Shown here: positions 49,411-63,965 of the stretch, in pieces | Position numbering within the stretch: the stretch's first letter is position 1 | Layout: each line of letters opens with the position of its first letter | Notes under the pieces: model-generated | Told to the model about the DNA's origin: nothing | What the model saw: the letters and a program-made list of their open reading frames with translations, nothing else | Database searches by the model: none | From: Balanoglossus misakiensis | Taxonomy: Eukaryota > Animalia > Hemichordata | Direction of reading: 5' to 3' | Assembly: GCA_040954595.2 (NCBI GenBank) | Contig: CM082581.2 | Span: 7,586,059-7,650,058, forward strand | DNA: 64,000 nt | Made by a program: the position numbers and the translations under genes

Positions 49411-51123
49411 TCAGGCGGTGTTGTACACTTTAGCATGGCGCTTTGACTTCATTGGACTAGGCATTTCCTGATACACCCTACTCGTTTGCGACTGCTGAGT
49501 TGCCGGTCTGCTCACCGGGTTCCCTCTGCCCCTCCCGCGAGCCCTCCTCCCTCTCCCCCTCATTTTGGCAATGGCGTCTGCCACTACCATGGCCTGGGTC
49601 CCTTTCTTAACGTTAGGATGGATGATTCGTCCCGACTTCGTCTTGTAGACTTCCACCGCCCCCTTCTTCTTGTCTTGCACAAGGACCCACCTGTCTTCTT
49701 TTGGCTGCCGCGCGGGCGATGCGGGATTCTGGCTGGTGTCGCCGCCTTGGCGTGACGGCGACGGGGACGGCGAGGGCGACCTTCTGCCGTCTGTTCCCTG
49801 GCCTCCGCGCATGGCAGGGATGATCTGGTGTGACGTCAGATTCTGAATGATATTTTCGCTCGGTCTCCTGACGATGACTGGAGGGAGAGGTTCGCGCGGA
49901 CTTTTAAGACCACCGGACGCGAGGTCGTCTTCTGTACAAGTCGCCTGGGGTTGATTAGCTCCGGACTTTGTCTTGTCGGCAAATGACGGAAGGTCTCCGA
50001 GAACGCTTTCCTGCGAGGGTCTCCTGTGGTCCTGGCTTGACGGCTTCTCGCCGCTGAGCTGTGAATCGTTATCATCGCACTGTTCTGTCTGCACAACTGG
50101 AACTCGGGGCGAAATTCTCCCTTCTCTGCTGGGCGTTTCCTGCCGCAATCTTTCCTCTGGAACTGTCCTCACTTCGTTGCGTGGCAAGCTGGTTGTTGAC
50201 GAGCCGTTGGCGGTGGAAATGGTCGCCACCTCATCGGCTAGAATCTCATCGATGGCGTCGTCGATCAGAGCCTCCTCCTCGTCTTTCTCCTTTTCTTTCA
50301 CTGACTCTACGACGACCATTGGCGAGTCTATCCTCGAGATTGTCTCGTCCCCGCCACTTTCTTCGGCAGCGGGAGATTCTATCGCCTCGCCGGTAGAAAG
50401 TAACTGTTCCTCTCGCTCCCTGTTATCAGGAACAGCGCTAACCTCTTGCCGCGGTCTCTTTATCGGTGCCTTGTTTCTCGCGTGGCGAGGCAACACTTTC
50501 TGCAGATCCTCGGGAATGTAGTCTGTATTTGCATATCCGATGTCGACCAAGAGTTTACACGCCTTAGAATCCATCATTTTCGCGGCGGCCAGGAGGACCG
50601 TTTCTCCCTCGCTGTTCTCTATCTCCAGGTCCAGCTTCTTCGGGAAGCGCTCCGTCTCCAGCATCAGCTGCATCACGGGGAAATTCCCGATGGTCGCCGC
50701 CAGCATCAGAGCCGAGTTGCCGTCTTCGTCCTGGAGGTTCGGGTCGACCTTCCCCGTCTGGATCAGCAAGTCCACGATGTCGGTCTTCCCTTCGTCCATG
50801 GAGGCGAACATGAGGGCCGAGCGGCCGCGCTTGTCCTGGGCGTTGACGTCGGCGCCGAAGTGCAGCAACAGCTCCACCATCTCCAGCGACGACTCCTCGT
50901 CTATGGCGCACGCCCGCATCAGCGGCGTCTGCGTGAACAAGTCTCGAAAATTCGTTTCGGCGTTTTCTTCGACGATTAGCCGCCTGACTTGATCGATGTC
51001 GGCGTTTTTGACAGCTCGTATCAAGGCCTTCTCGTTGGACGTCATTCTCGCCGTGCTTCGCCCGCCGCGGGGGCGTCTTGTAGCCCGGTCCGCCTCCTCC
51101 GTGAGATCTGAAATCGACTCCAT
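49411..51123 (-). CDS. Ankyrin-repeat protein (N-terminal ANK repeats, long low-complexity tail; ANKRD34/63-like layout), single coding exon
   Basis: 570-aa ORF with about 5 ANK repeats (QTPLMRAC, GADVNAQDKRGRSALMFA, DPNLQDEDGNSALMLAA, GETVLLAA); splice acceptor at 51154-51155 implies upstream non-coding exon(s). Confidence 0.9.
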   Translation of the reverse strand: MESISDLTEEADRATRRPRGGRSTARMTSNEKALIRAVKNADIDQVRRLIVEENAETNFRDLFTQTPLMRACAIDEESSLEMVELLLHFGADVNAQDKRGRSALMFASMDEGKTDIVDLLIQTGKVDPNLQDEDGNSALMLAATIGNFPVMQLMLETERFPKKLDLEIENSEGETVLLAAAKMMDSKACKLLVDIGYANTDYIPEDLQKVLPRHARNKAPIKRPRQEVSAVPDNREREEQLLSTGEAIESPAAEESGGDETISRIDSPMVVVESVKEKEKDEEEALIDDAIDEILADEVATISTANGSSTTSLPRNEVRTVPEERLRQETPSREGRISPRVPVVQTEQCDDNDSQLSGEKPSSQDHRRPSQESVLGDLPSFADKTKSGANQPQATCTEDDLASGGLKSPREPLPPVIVRRPSENIIQNLTSHQIIPAMRGGQGTDGRRSPSPSPSPSRQGGDTSQNPASPARQPKEDRWVLVQDKKKGAVEVYKTKSGRIIHPNVKKGTQAMVVADAIAKMRGRGRRARGRGRGNPVSRPATQQSQTSRVYQEMPSPMKSKRHAKVYNTA

Positions 51124-54100
51124 TTTACCGTCTTTTGATGATCAAAAGTGTGTCTGTATGGGGAATTCACAAAAAACAGGTGTATTATTTAAAAAAAAAA
51201 AAACAGACACTCATTCCACTGCGTGACACAACCATACGTGCCAACTCCGTATCAAAGATAATTATAACATTATGATATAACTTCATATGGAGTTATAGGA
51301 AGCCTCAGCAATTTTCACTGTGGAAATTCTACGTGCTGTGACTATGCCCAGCAGCTTGGAAAAATTCCAACCTATAACATGGCATCATCGTCGCAAAATT
51401 AGCAGTTGATTGCCTTATAACACGCAGGGTCAACGAATCGGCTCGAGTCCACACTTTATAATCCCATGCATATGCGACAGTAATACCGCATAAACATTCA
51501 ATGTTCACTAATATCGCTGACTCGTACCTACCCCACACGACTCATTTTACCGTAAACGTTATACACGACCAACAAATGTACATGTACTCACGAGCGTGGC
51601 TTGCCTTCAATTGCGTTTGAAGAATGACTGTGCTTTATACACAACACAATGACTCAACAGTCGCTGCTTGCTTTTATATACGCTCTATGTATATGAGGAG
51701 CAAATTGGAATAAACAAATTGAAATCCTTATCCTCTAATACTCCATCAATACGTGTCACTTCAGAAAGAACAAATACACATTACCCCACAGCGAGGCAAC
51801 AACCGTTCATTGGCCATTCGTCTGTACGATATTGCCACTTTAAATTTAAAAAATAATATAGACCAAAGGATATACAATTACTCCACGCATCGCCTGTAGA
51901 CTTTTATTTTAGTTCTAGGCGTCTCTCCATTCTGCTTGACTGTTTTTGCACAAAATTGCAGTGCGCACGTTCTGGGTATATTTACTTCAAGAATTACCCC
52001 GTTTCCTATGTCGGATTATATTATTAAGAGGTTGTTTGCAAGATTGAGAAGATTTATGCTTGGTTGAAATCGTTTCTTCGTTATTAAAATCTACGATCAT
52101 GAAAGTATGTTTATTTATGTGTGATTAAAATCGTTTTTGCTTTATTGAAAGTTACGATAACAGAGCCGTGTTTGAATGGCGTTCGGGGTTTATTTATCGG
52201 AGCGGTGGCCCAGACATAAAATAACTTCCACCATTTTAATAGTTGGTAAAGCGGGGCGATATATCAAGTTTGTGTCAACATTGCTCTCGCGATATGGAGT
52301 TTTCTCAATACGGTTAAATCACCCAATTGTATCGTCGATATTTACGCTATACATCATTAATTAGAGAGAAATTGTACCTCCATTGCGAAAATTACGCTGC
52401 TTGGCTTGGAAAGAGGGATTTGATAAGTAATGAAGTTCTCTATCAAAGGGACTTTGTTTTCAATGATTGCCTGGTAAATGCTGAGCGGAAGTCGCTTTGA
52501 TTCCATGGCAACCGCTACCATTTTTCACATTTTGTGATGGTGAGTTCCAGATCGAGGACAGGCCCTTGGGTCCAGCCCTTGAGCAAGGCACGTCACTTAT
52601 CAAAGCTTCTGCCTTGCCTACGAGCAGTGTGTATGCCTCATCCTTGTTGTAAACGGGCTTGAAGCCAGCAGGGATATTGGATAAAATAGATTCAAGAAAC
52701 ACATTTAAAAAGACATTTTTATCGGAAACTGTCTCCATGCTGAATAATGTGTGCTATGTTTTTCGCCAACACGTTTGGATCCCCCTTTTTGTTAGTAATT
52801 TGTTACATAATACGATTGATTGATAATTGGCGACGTTAGTATTCTCAAAGAACAAAAGGATCTTTATGTGTCTACACAATGTTAATCAACCAATTTTACA
52901 AATTATGCCGTGCAATCAGTAAAACTACCTTGGGGACTCAATCTAATCAAATTAAACAATTCATATCAAATAATGCAATTTATGTGTATAATATTGAAGA
53001 GGGAAAGGACAGACATGAATAAATTATCGCTGAAGATCGATCACCGGATAAAAAAAAATAAACATCGATTATATTCTCCGTGTGTGCCGCCGGTCTACCA
53101 TACTGTTGTTTGTTTGTGGTAACATCTTTTCTCAGTGTGTGCAGGTGACGCGTTCTGTGAATTTGCATAAATCATATTTGATCGCCACAGTAATAATTTA
53201 CTAATGGGGATAGCCGATTAAACTCTGATTGATGGTGGGTCCGACTGGGATGTGCCTGAACTGCCAGAAATGATTGAAGGTCTGATGTGATAGTTGTGCA
53301 GCTTATGTTTTTGGACGTTCGGCCATATAAGGAACGACGAACCGCGCTGACAGACAGACAACCCCGATATCGCAAATCACCCAGTCTGTGTCACACGGGG
53401 AATCCAAGCGTTATATTGTGAGAATTCATCAAAGTAATGGATCTTTGTTTCGGATTCGATAAGAGTATAAACCTTCCAACGCAGCGATCATTAAAGTCAT
53501 CAAAACACTGCACGTCTATATACATACCAATTTCAGACCACATCTTACCTGAGACTTAAATCTATTCCTTTACTTCTGTCTTGCGTTAAAAGAACCGATT
53601 GCCATTTTACAGGAACGAACTATTTTTGGCGCGGGCCATATCCCCAATCTTAATTTCGAAAACCAATTCCATTTTTTTTTCTGAATTTTGAATTAAAAAC
53701 CTACGCGAACCTCGCAAGCTACCTGAATACAGTTTCATCTGAGGGACTCGATTACATTTTCGATTGGATTTTGACGTACGTTATGTTTCCATGCATGCAA
53801 AGGGAGGCTTTGCTTGCATTATTCTGAGCTCAATTTTATCTCCCACTTCGAAGAATTCGGGTGGTTTGCGATCGCCATGGAGACCCAATCATGTGATCAA
53901 CGATGGATCCTCGTTATTTATTCATGACAGGATTTCCGTTTGTGCAGGTGGTGACGTATTGTCGAAGGCAGCCCTTGCCAAATCGCGACGAATGCCAGAT
54001 AAAGTAAAAAATCCAGTTAGACACAATTTCTCCACAGATGAATAAGCAAAAATGTGTACTATTCCAGAATTCCTTGTCAGGTGATCTCTGAAGTCAGCTA

Positions 54101-55925
54101 TTTTATATTGGGAAAGGGAATGATTAAAAAACATGTAGCCAAGAAAATACTAGTCTCACACTAATAGATGAAAAAAAACGCTTGAAAGCCGTCAAAGTAA
54201 AAGTGCAAGTGAGCATCGCGATCTCGTTTTATTTTTTTAATTGAATTTGCGGAGGATATACGTGTGGCACTCATTCCCCAGTGTTCCCGAGACAAGTTTT
54301 GAGACATGGTCCAGTTTTGTGGACAATTCATTCTTTCTTATGGCTGGCAGAATTTCCATAGAGTTTCACTTCATCAGTCACAGAAATGTGTCGTTTACTC
54401 CAAGAAACTGATAGCTGATTGCATTGGGTGTATAGCAACATTCTTAGCAGTTCTCCTATAAATTTGACGTATGATGTGATGCCTCCGTCGACACACGTTT
54501 ACACAAAGGAAAGCTTCCTATATATACATGACACTGAACCCAATACCTACATACCGTGAATCACGGTCATGTATTATATATACATGTACATCATAGTAAA
54601 TGTTTGCTTTAGCCGTAAATCCTCTTACCGATACAAAATTCCATAATACCTTGCAAACATTTCACTTGAATAAAGACAGAAAGGAGAAACAATGTACAAC
54701 CAGCGTTGGTTTGAGCTGAGATTATTTTAGAACAGAGGTCGTTTCTCCATAAATGTGAACAACCTGTGTCGTGGTGAATGTCACGGTAAAAATACTGAAT
54801 CGTGCGTTAACGGTATTTATCCGATCACACTATTCACGATGAATGGTCACATCGCATTGAATTTAGCTCAACTGTGTAATTCGCTGTGACATAAAAAAAC
54901 GAGCCTGGATCCGGAAACTTTGATAAGGGCGACCGAGATCAAGGTAAATTGTGTGTAATCACCGAATTAATAACCTAGAACATTCAAAGCGATTGTGGAC
55001 GTTGGGAAATCCTCTCGCATTTTTTTTCTCGGAATTGAAATGCAAGTGAGAAATACCTTGTGTGTTAATTACATGTGGTTGCGTCCAGATCGAAGCTGTT
55101 CGCTATCTTTATCAGGATTAAGGTTGTATCGACCGTTTCTAATCCTTGTGTGACCGCGATTTTTCATGGCATTTTGAGAGATTTACTGGGTTACGATAAA
55201 TCCCAACGCAAATTTATCATCATTTCATATTATAGCACAAAGGTTCTTGATCACAGCTTGCTTATTGTCTGTTGAGAAACATCTTTAACAGGCAATCACT
55301 CTTAAGTTTCATCGATCGCCGTCTCTTGCAGTATGTCGATATCCAGCGGCTGCCATGGCGATGACCATCGGAGTGCCAACCAGCTGAATCAAGTTTCGAT
55401 TTCGGCAATAACATGAAATGCGTTTTCGCTTCCACTTTTCCGTTATGATGCAAAAACAGAAGGAGTAAAATCGATCGTATTCCCACCGAAACAACTTAAA
55501 CCTTTCGACAACAAGTGTCCAGTCTTTTCCACGCAGAAATAAATAATACCGAGCGCACATTTCATGTACATTGTCACGTGCAGTGCGTTTACACAGATTG
55601 TCTCACGGTTCCCAATACTGTGTTTTACGGGAAATCTAAAGGTCAGGTGTAGGTGCAATCGCGAAGGAAACTTTGCTATATAATATTACACAAGGGTTTT
55701 CATCACATAAACACTTTACATTCGTGACGACTGCTTTAAGGTAACAAGTCGTATTAAAATATAGGCATAAAAGAAGTTACATACACGAAAGTCGAATATG
55801 TGAATATGAAGCACCTCACAATTTAAACCAGCAGATGGTCTTAAAATGCGACAACGTGAGACGTGGCTTTTTCCTGATATTACGCCAGCAGTAATTGTTT
55901 CAGGCACAAATCGTCGTTGCTTACC

Positions 55926-56320
55926 TACGCTTGTCTGAGCTCGGAACAATCCTGCGGTGATGCTGAGTCGCCACTCTGCGCAGTCAATATCGACGGACTG
56001 GATGAATCCAGCCTGAGCCCGGGCTGTATGCTATACCTCGTCAGCCGTATCGCTTCAATCATCGCTCACATTCACGACACTTGCTGCGCCTCCCCCCATC
56101 CATCAAACCGAACTACACTTTGTGCTGTTGACATAGCCCCAACTACCACCGCAATTATGGCGTCGACACAAAAATCGCCGGTTTCCTGGAGACAGGCTGG
56201 GCCTCCCTAGCTCGGTGGAGAGTTGAACTTTGGCAAATCAGCCGCATCGTGAAACAGTTGATGTTATTAAAAGTGCACACAGCACAAAGCAGGGAAAGTC
56301 GCATTGCCGGCAACGTGACT
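55926..56320 (-). promoter_or_regulatory. Candidate 5' non-coding exon and promoter of the ankyrin gene
   Basis: Minus-strand donor TAG|GTAAGC at about 55925, GC-rich block, X-box-like ATTGCCGGCAAC near 56303; another donor CAG|GTAAGA near 53548. Confidence 0.35.
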
Positions 56321-59300
56321 AGACTGCTAATTTTCCGCTACAACGTTTGATTGGTTAATCGATTACCCGCCAAGAAAACACGTTCACTTGATCACGCAGA
56401 AAATTGAGTATTTCAGAAACGTAATTTAATGTTTTGATTTAAGCTTTGGCGGCGACAGGACGTGGATAGCAATAAGGTGATTGCTTAAAACTATGTAATT
56501 TAGGATAATATGAAAACATTTTGAAACTTTTAATTCACTTATTGTATTATAAGCGGTAACTGAAAGCAAATTAGGCCTGTTCTGCTACGTAGTGTAATTT
56601 TCTTGGCAAATCCATCGAGTGCATATATCAATCATATATAAAGTGAAATGGTTTCATGACGTAATCCTTGGCGCTTATTTCTCTCTGCCGCGTTTCCTAT
56701 ACTCCACTCTGTCAATAAAACATTTTACGTAAGTCATGCTCTATCGTTTTCGCTGTTAATATTTTCTTTTAGTGGTACCCGAAACGGTGTTACTATTTTG
56801 ACGCACATCAAATCACCCGTATTTCACCAGCCCAACTTGTTCAAATCATCAACTCGGCATATTGCTGTCGATATCCCAGCAAATGGAGTAGTTGCGTGCA
56901 AGCAATAAAAAATATACACTCAGATCGTTACCACGACGTCATTTACGATGACGTGTTTTGATGACGTCGTAAAACGAAATGACGACCGACATAAAAATCA
57001 GGATAGAATATAGACCGCTAGCGCATCACCCGAAAAGCGTCGCCCATTGCGACCAGCTTAATGTCTTCTTTAGACAGAGTGCCTCCGTATTATCTGTTTT
57101 AACACTACATTGCAATCTATTATCGGGCTATTCTCATAATTTCTTATATTGTCCGTTTCCTTTCGAGGTCAGCAAAATGTCAAGTTTAATCCTCATTTCT
57201 CACAAAGATCTCTCTATTCGTCTATTGATTCATAGGAAAGTATCTCAGCCGGGATTATACGAGGCTATGACATCCACGTACCGCGTATAAATAATAAACT
57301 CCTTTTAATTTCGTTATAATTATATAAATAGTCCCAGCGGTCAGTTCTTATAATTATGTTTTATAAAAATAAGAATATCACCTGTGTAGTTGCCGCATGG
57401 CGTTCACGTGACCAGAAGAGTACATGCAGATCAATAAAATGGAAAATAAAAAAGACTCGTTTCAACAAGCTGTATCGGATTTATCCATTTTCCATGACGC
57501 AAACCGCTCCGGGTGATGCAAATTACTCTCAAATGAACGCAAGACAACAAAACACAGCGGGCAAATAGTCAACTATTTATATCTACTAATCAATCCAGAT
57601 GGAAAAATAAACAGTTCTAAAACATTGATGTGGTTTTCATGAATTAATACGGGCAGCTACCGGCATTGAAATAATTATCAATTTTTTCCGTTTTCACCGA
57701 GGCGTAAATGTACACACAATTATTTTTGCCGCAATACACATGAATAGGCACAAGTACGACAAATAAGCTTTAAGTTCAGCGGTACACGCGATAAAATGGT
57801 AATCGTTAAACGTCTTTACTCCTGAATTTACATATCATAACATGGATACAATTGGATGTGAAATAACCCAGGAAAGTTGACCATTGCTATTTACTGATTC
57901 ACAGTGCAATATTTTCGTAATTTTACGCATGAACGCTTTTCGTCACTTTAATCTACGTCAATGCCAAGAATGTCGAGAAAGGTTAATACTTATAGTAAAA
58001 GGTACCTAATATGAAGGGTTTTGACATTTATGCTGTGGGATGCTGGCGTTTATAGTCACTGCGTCATACTCAAGAAAGATTTGAGATCTAGGGCTGTCGA
58101 CATTTACTGATTCAGCATATTTAACTGAACTTTATAAAATAGTATGAGCACTTTAATAAGGTCAAAAATACCGCAGACACCTGTAGAGCTCACAACCCAC
58201 AACGGGCTATTTTCTTTCAAACTGTTCCCGGCACAGGTGCCCGCGGATGCCGAATGGCCTCTGTATAGTATTACTATCCACAGACGCCGTTCGAAATATG
58301 TACATGCACATCCTCTGGCACCTGTGGCCGACATCAGTCAGTAGGGCTTCACACTTCCACCGGGGGAAGATTCTCTTCTGGAGACAGCAGTATATACGGA
58401 GCCTGTCGGGGAAGCCTGAGTAACCCAACGGTTTCTCTACGCGAGGCACGCATTTAATTCGGGCCAGGGAGCCGCTGTCAGTTCACACTCAGAACATTCA
58501 TAATAATACGGTTGTTATATTGCACAAATTGGCAAAACGTGCCTATGAATTGCTATTTGCTATTACGTAAATCACTGTGCGTAAACTTATAAGCGACAAA
58601 AGTGTCAATGTTCTCCGATCATTCAATATACACGTATTCCAACCCCCAATGTTAGCAAGGGAATTAATGTTAATATTACTGTTATGATTTTTAAAATATC
58701 ATGGGTCTATGGGAGCTACTGCACCAATCAAATCTAAACATGTTTAGATTTTAGTGCTGTTGTGAGCTTATATGTATATATCTTGTTTTACTCCAAACAG
58801 ATATGTTAATATAAACTGAAGTCGTTGTATCTTTTTACGACAGCGGGATACCATTGTATCGTTAGTTGGGTAGCGATCGTCACTGTTATAATACATGCAC
58901 TTTATAAGTAAATTTATAACACACACGTTCCACCCTTAGTAAACGATCACTTGAGTGTTTTTGGGTGTGCGTGATTGAGCGGCAATTCACTCCGGCTCTG
59001 TGTTAAGAATTATGTGCTTTAAAGCAATAATAACAGCACGCGCCTGAACGGAAGCCGCACTGTAAAACAAACATTTTAGATTTTTAGGTTAAATATACGG
59101 CACAGGTCGCGAAAGGTATGTGCTTCAACAGGATGTATGTACTGAAAGCTGTACTATTGCAGCATAAATACTGTTCGGGGAGCAGTCTGGTCTATTTTTA
59201 TCGTGTTTTGACACGTCGAAATATGCCAAGGAAATTACCAAAAAAAGGTTTAATTACGCAGCCCCCATAGGTTAACAAACGTCCAGTTGTTCTAGTTACC

Positions 59301-61031
59301 ATTGAAAATGTCAAATTGAAAGCCGATGTTGAAATCTAAACAGAAAAATTACAAACTGTCACACTGGCTGACGTTCGTAGGAGATTGGCCAGATATTCCC
59401 CTCTATAAAAACGCGACGATATACAACTTATACGTTTGCGTATAAGAACCGGATGTCAAGGCGATCAAACAGGTGTTTTTTTAGCAATTGGATGGAAATA
59501 GTTCGATAGCTGGGGATGCGTCATCCGTGAAACTGCGCTGTCGTCATTAAATTTTATTCCATTCGATTTGTGCAACGACTTGGCACATGTTCAATAAATC
59601 AATATGTTCAGGCAACCTGAAATGTTTTTTCTCGAAGATTAATAGGCCCGAAAACACGTACAACTGTCTATCTCTTCGGTCATTCCTTTATTGCTGATCA
59701 CGTCATAAGCAAAAATATTGACATTATACATTATTAAATATCATTCAGAGAACTGATCACGTTAAAGTGGAGCGAGAAATGGCTTGATAAATTTGCAAGC
59801 TGTAGTCTGGCCATCTGGTGTGTAGAAACACATGAACTAGAACATTTGATATTGGATATATTGTATTTTAAACAAACATGGTTCGATCACATGCGTCCTG
59901 GCTAAACTCTGTAAAACCAGGCAATAAATAGACATTGATGAGACAATTGGAAACAATTCGAGGTAAAATTAATTATACTGCCGTGTGAATGAATGTGAAA
60001 CAATGCCTACCTGTAATATATAGAGACGCGTCACCCTGTAGTAGATTTTTGTTAACAGTCAAGGCTCCGGGTATGCGTTCTACCGGGTACTATCACTGTT
60101 TGGTAGGTGGAGGGTCTGAGACTTTCAGACACGAACAGGCGATTTGGGAATATTAACAACCTGTTGCAAAGAAGACTGAGGCAGTGGACAGATGACAGAT
60201 TTCATGTCTACGCCATCAAACGGCTCTTGGTCTGTTTGATGTGTCTGGGCAAATACACCACCTGTTAAGTTTCGCTGGATCCGTTCCGTAGCCTAGCAAC
60301 CGACAGGAAAGTAATACGCGTCGACGATCGATTCGCCTTCATTAATGCAGCGTTCGGTGCACACGTTTTATAGAAAGAATATCAATGGCGCAGAATTTCC
60401 AAAGCGTTTGTAAATAGGAACATTCCTTTAATGTGCCATGGCGATTACTTTCCACATCAGAAATCGGTCGATTAAAAACCAAAGCGTGTAAATAGAAGAA
60501 ATGGGTTTTGAAAAGAAAAATACTGGAAATAACGTGGCTGTTAGATTCAATACCTCTACACTTGTATTCAATATCCATATTCATTTAGAAAGTTCAGCTT
60601 GCATGCAGTGTGCAAAGCGTACAGTTACAGCCTGGTTGCTTTTTGTCCGCCAAAGACAAATTTCTTAGCGGCCTGCACCGTTACCTTGACAGATCTCCCA
60701 GATAGTGAAAATTCATTGAAATTCAAAACATGAGTAACACACCAAAGAAATGTTTAATTTTCATATATCAAACACTATAATTTAATATGTAACTGAAAAT
60801 TATTCACATCTTCTTACAATCGATAAAGTATTTTTTTGGTTTCACATACATGTATATCTTCCAGATTTGTTGATTTAATAATTTAAGACAAGTGGCATCT
60901 CTACGAAACATTTACAAACAACTTGATTCAACACTGTCTAGGAAAACTGGACTCTACAAAAACTTTTGGGGTTTAATAAACAAATAGATGCTAACATGAC
61001 CACACAAATTAATAACTGCAGATGGAAAAAA

Positions 61032-61560
61032 ACGCGTCAAGGACACGGCGGTCCCATTGAGTTATTACACAAGAAAAAGTCTACACCAGAGTACATGGCC
61101 ATATACAGACAGACACCGATCCCATTGTTGTTGGGTCCCAATGGAATGTAAAATGGGACCCAACAACAATGTAATATCGGACTGTCGACACAGAGATCTG
61201 AATGCCAAGATGAACTGTATGGCTCTCAAATCACAGCAAAAGAAGGCGATACAAAAGCTTGGGGTGTGTTGCACTGACCTGCGTTAACAGATCCCGTGAG
61301 GAGTACGGTGCCCAGAGTGCTAACACATCCCCAATACGAACTCATGGACACAAACTATTTATATTTCTAGGTCCAAAACTTTAACTACAGTGAGACAAAA
61401 CTGTTAGGCTGTTCTCATATTTAAATCAAGTATTGAAATGCAAAATAAAGTGTTAAAATGCAAATTAAGACCGACGGGAGTGGTTCTTCTTTTCTCCAAT
61501 GAAGTTCAACTTTGCTCAATGGGCCAACACTGACTGACCCATAAGCTGCCAATGGCATAT
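61032..61560. repeat. Dispersed repeat, apparently complete copy (shared with 19902-20779)
   Basis: Same blocks in simpler order; subterminal inverted pair CCCATTGAG / CTCAATGGG and short 3' palindrome TGCCAATGGCA. Confidence 0.85.
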
Positions 61561-62169
61561 GTACTCATAATTGTCTTTTTCTTTTAAACGTTCATTTCCG
61601 AAGTGAAAACATATTGAACCATACTACATTACATTTGAAGTGTTCTTTTCGTGTACGTTTCGGAAATACAAAATAGTAAGCCCAACATCCCAGAGGTTTA
61701 TATGACTCAGTTTTGTAAATGACATAACATTACACGATTCTAGCACCGTTATCCCGCCCACACCCATACGGTACATTTACCTCAACGTTTTCTTGAGCAA
61801 TATATAACTAGTGGATGCGATGAAATTCCAGAATTTGTCCTTAAAGAGGTATCTAAGTTCTTTAAGCGTTATCTGCATGAACGCCATAATTTATTGCTGA
61901 CAGTAATCCTCACTGAGGAAATATGAAGTATTCCAATGTTTAACTTCCAAACTTTCAAAGTAAGTACATAAATGCTTCCATACAAAAATTCAATTGCACG
62001 TTCAAATTTTCCCAATTAAATTCATTCGTAAAAGGTCGGCATGTACATGATGCTGAAATACACAGACATCCTGACACGTAAATATTCTATCGTAATACTG
62101 GAAAACAACTTTTTTTGCCCGTAGTTACTCTCGGTATATACACTTGCGTATTTACAAACTCGTTCTGCG

Positions 62170-63965
62170 TTACTTGCTGAATGCTATGACGTCATCCAAA
62201 GCTTGGCGTGTTTCTTCCAGCATGGCGTCTGGTTGGTCGGTATCCTGGAAAGCTTCGTAGATTTTGATGGCTTCCTCCAGCTGGTATTTTGCGCGGGCGA
62301 AGCGGTCGGTTGCAAAGTAGAAGGCGCCGAGATTATGTCTGAAATATAAGAAATAATTGGATTAAACTCCTGTAGTACTCTTCTTCTGGACGTTCTGTTA
62401 GATAGTCTGCGCGATTTTGACCCCCTACTCTGTGATGTGTATTTTTTTCATGTAATCCTTCATTTCTCGTCACTTTCAGAGATGAAATTTGAGAATTAGG
62501 ACTTGTGGGATTATGATGTCCGAAGATCAAAGTGGTCTGCTTTACCTCACATGCGCAACATCCAGGTGAGCCGGGCCGTAGGTCTCCAGGAGTATCGCCA
62601 AAGCCACCTCGTACAAGGTACCTGCAAGCTCGTCGTTTTTGTCGTCATACACCAGGGCGATGCTGTTGATGATGCCGGCAGTACGAGGATGGTTCGTGCC
62701 CACTTGACTACGTGTTAATTTCAGATCTTGCAGGTAGTAGCCCAGCGCTTCGTCTACTCTTCCCTGCTGGTAGCACAGTTTACCCACCTGTCAATCAAAC
62801 ACGAGAATGCAAATGAGGAATCTTATTTCAGTGAATGTGAATGAAGCTACGGTTTAAAGTCCGACAGTTGTCAATATGTGTTTTGATCTTTGAAATTTTC
62901 GCTCAGACATTTGAACACACCTGTCCAATGATGGAGGCAACGTAATGGTGGGTCGGTCCCAAGGCGTCGATTGCAACTTCTTTTGCACGTAAGAAAACCT
63001 TCTTTGCTTCCCCGGGTTGGTCTTGAAGTCCAAGAACTGACCTGGAAATGTTGGACGAAGACACTGGTGTCAATAATCAACAAGGATTCTTGCGGTTACA
63101 GGAATAAACGTACGCCCCTCTTTCCGAAGACTGGTGCAGGAATCCGGTACACAAGGTATTTAACTAGCACCATTCAACACAATGTAAATAATACAATAAA
63201 ATGGAAGCGGTTGACTCCACAGTCACATGTAAACTCACCCCAAGCCAAGGAGCCCTTCCACCGATTGAAGTTTCTGCTCTGGTGTAACGATTCGGTTCTG
63301 TCGGTCCAAGGCGTCGCTGAAGTAACGTTTAGCTTCGTCCACGTTCATTTGTTTCTCGCACACTTTACCAAGCTTGTGCATCACCTAAATCGAAGATATG
63401 GCGATGATCTAGTTAATCGTCTTCAAACGCACAAACGCTGTACATGTACATGTACATTGGGTGCGTAGTACGTGTTGAAAGTCTGCACAGTCGATCAAAA
63501 AATAGTTCCAATCGATTTTATACTAAAGTTAATAGATACTCTTAATTGAATGACTTACATCGATGACATGGGGATGTTTGGATCTGAATCTTCTAGAAAA
63601 CCGCGCGGAGTCGTACACAACTGTGCCGTGTGATTCCAAAGAACTGGCCTCCAGCTCAACCAGAAGTTTCTCGAATAGTGACCTGTAGGATTAAATAAAT
63701 AACAAGAATTCCACTCAACTGTATAGCATAAGCCATTAATCAGCCACAATGATAGGCCATCTTTTAGCTATCAATAATAAAAAAAGTAAGTGATCCATGA
63801 CACGGAACTTCCTTACCTTGCACTGTTCAACAAACCCAGCTCCATGAAGAACTCGGCCAGATACTGCAGAGTGATCGTCAAACTATCACCGGATAGAACC
63901 GGATCGCCCTTGCGCTTTTCTAATGAATCCAGGTAGGACGGCTCCACTTGACTGTAGTCCCCTAA
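62170..63965 (-). CDS. 3' part of a TPR-repeat protein (nephrocystin-3/kinesin-light-chain-type TPRs); 5' end outside the window
   Basis: Six phase-compatible exons (about 63965-63818, 63682-63559, 63384-63239, 63041-62920, 62787-62546, 62338-62170): ALGPTHHYVASII, VGTNHPRTAGIINSIALVY, YGPAHLDVAHVRHNLGAFY; stop at 62170-62172. Confidence 0.85.

Noticed and set aside
49486-50992. Long overlapping/antisense ORFs in the ankyrin gene
   Set aside because: Expected shadow frames of GC-rich coding sequence; no recognisable domains
52460-52738. 92-aa ATG ORF upstream of the ankyrin CDS
   Set aside because: No recognisable motif or splice support; length compatible with chance
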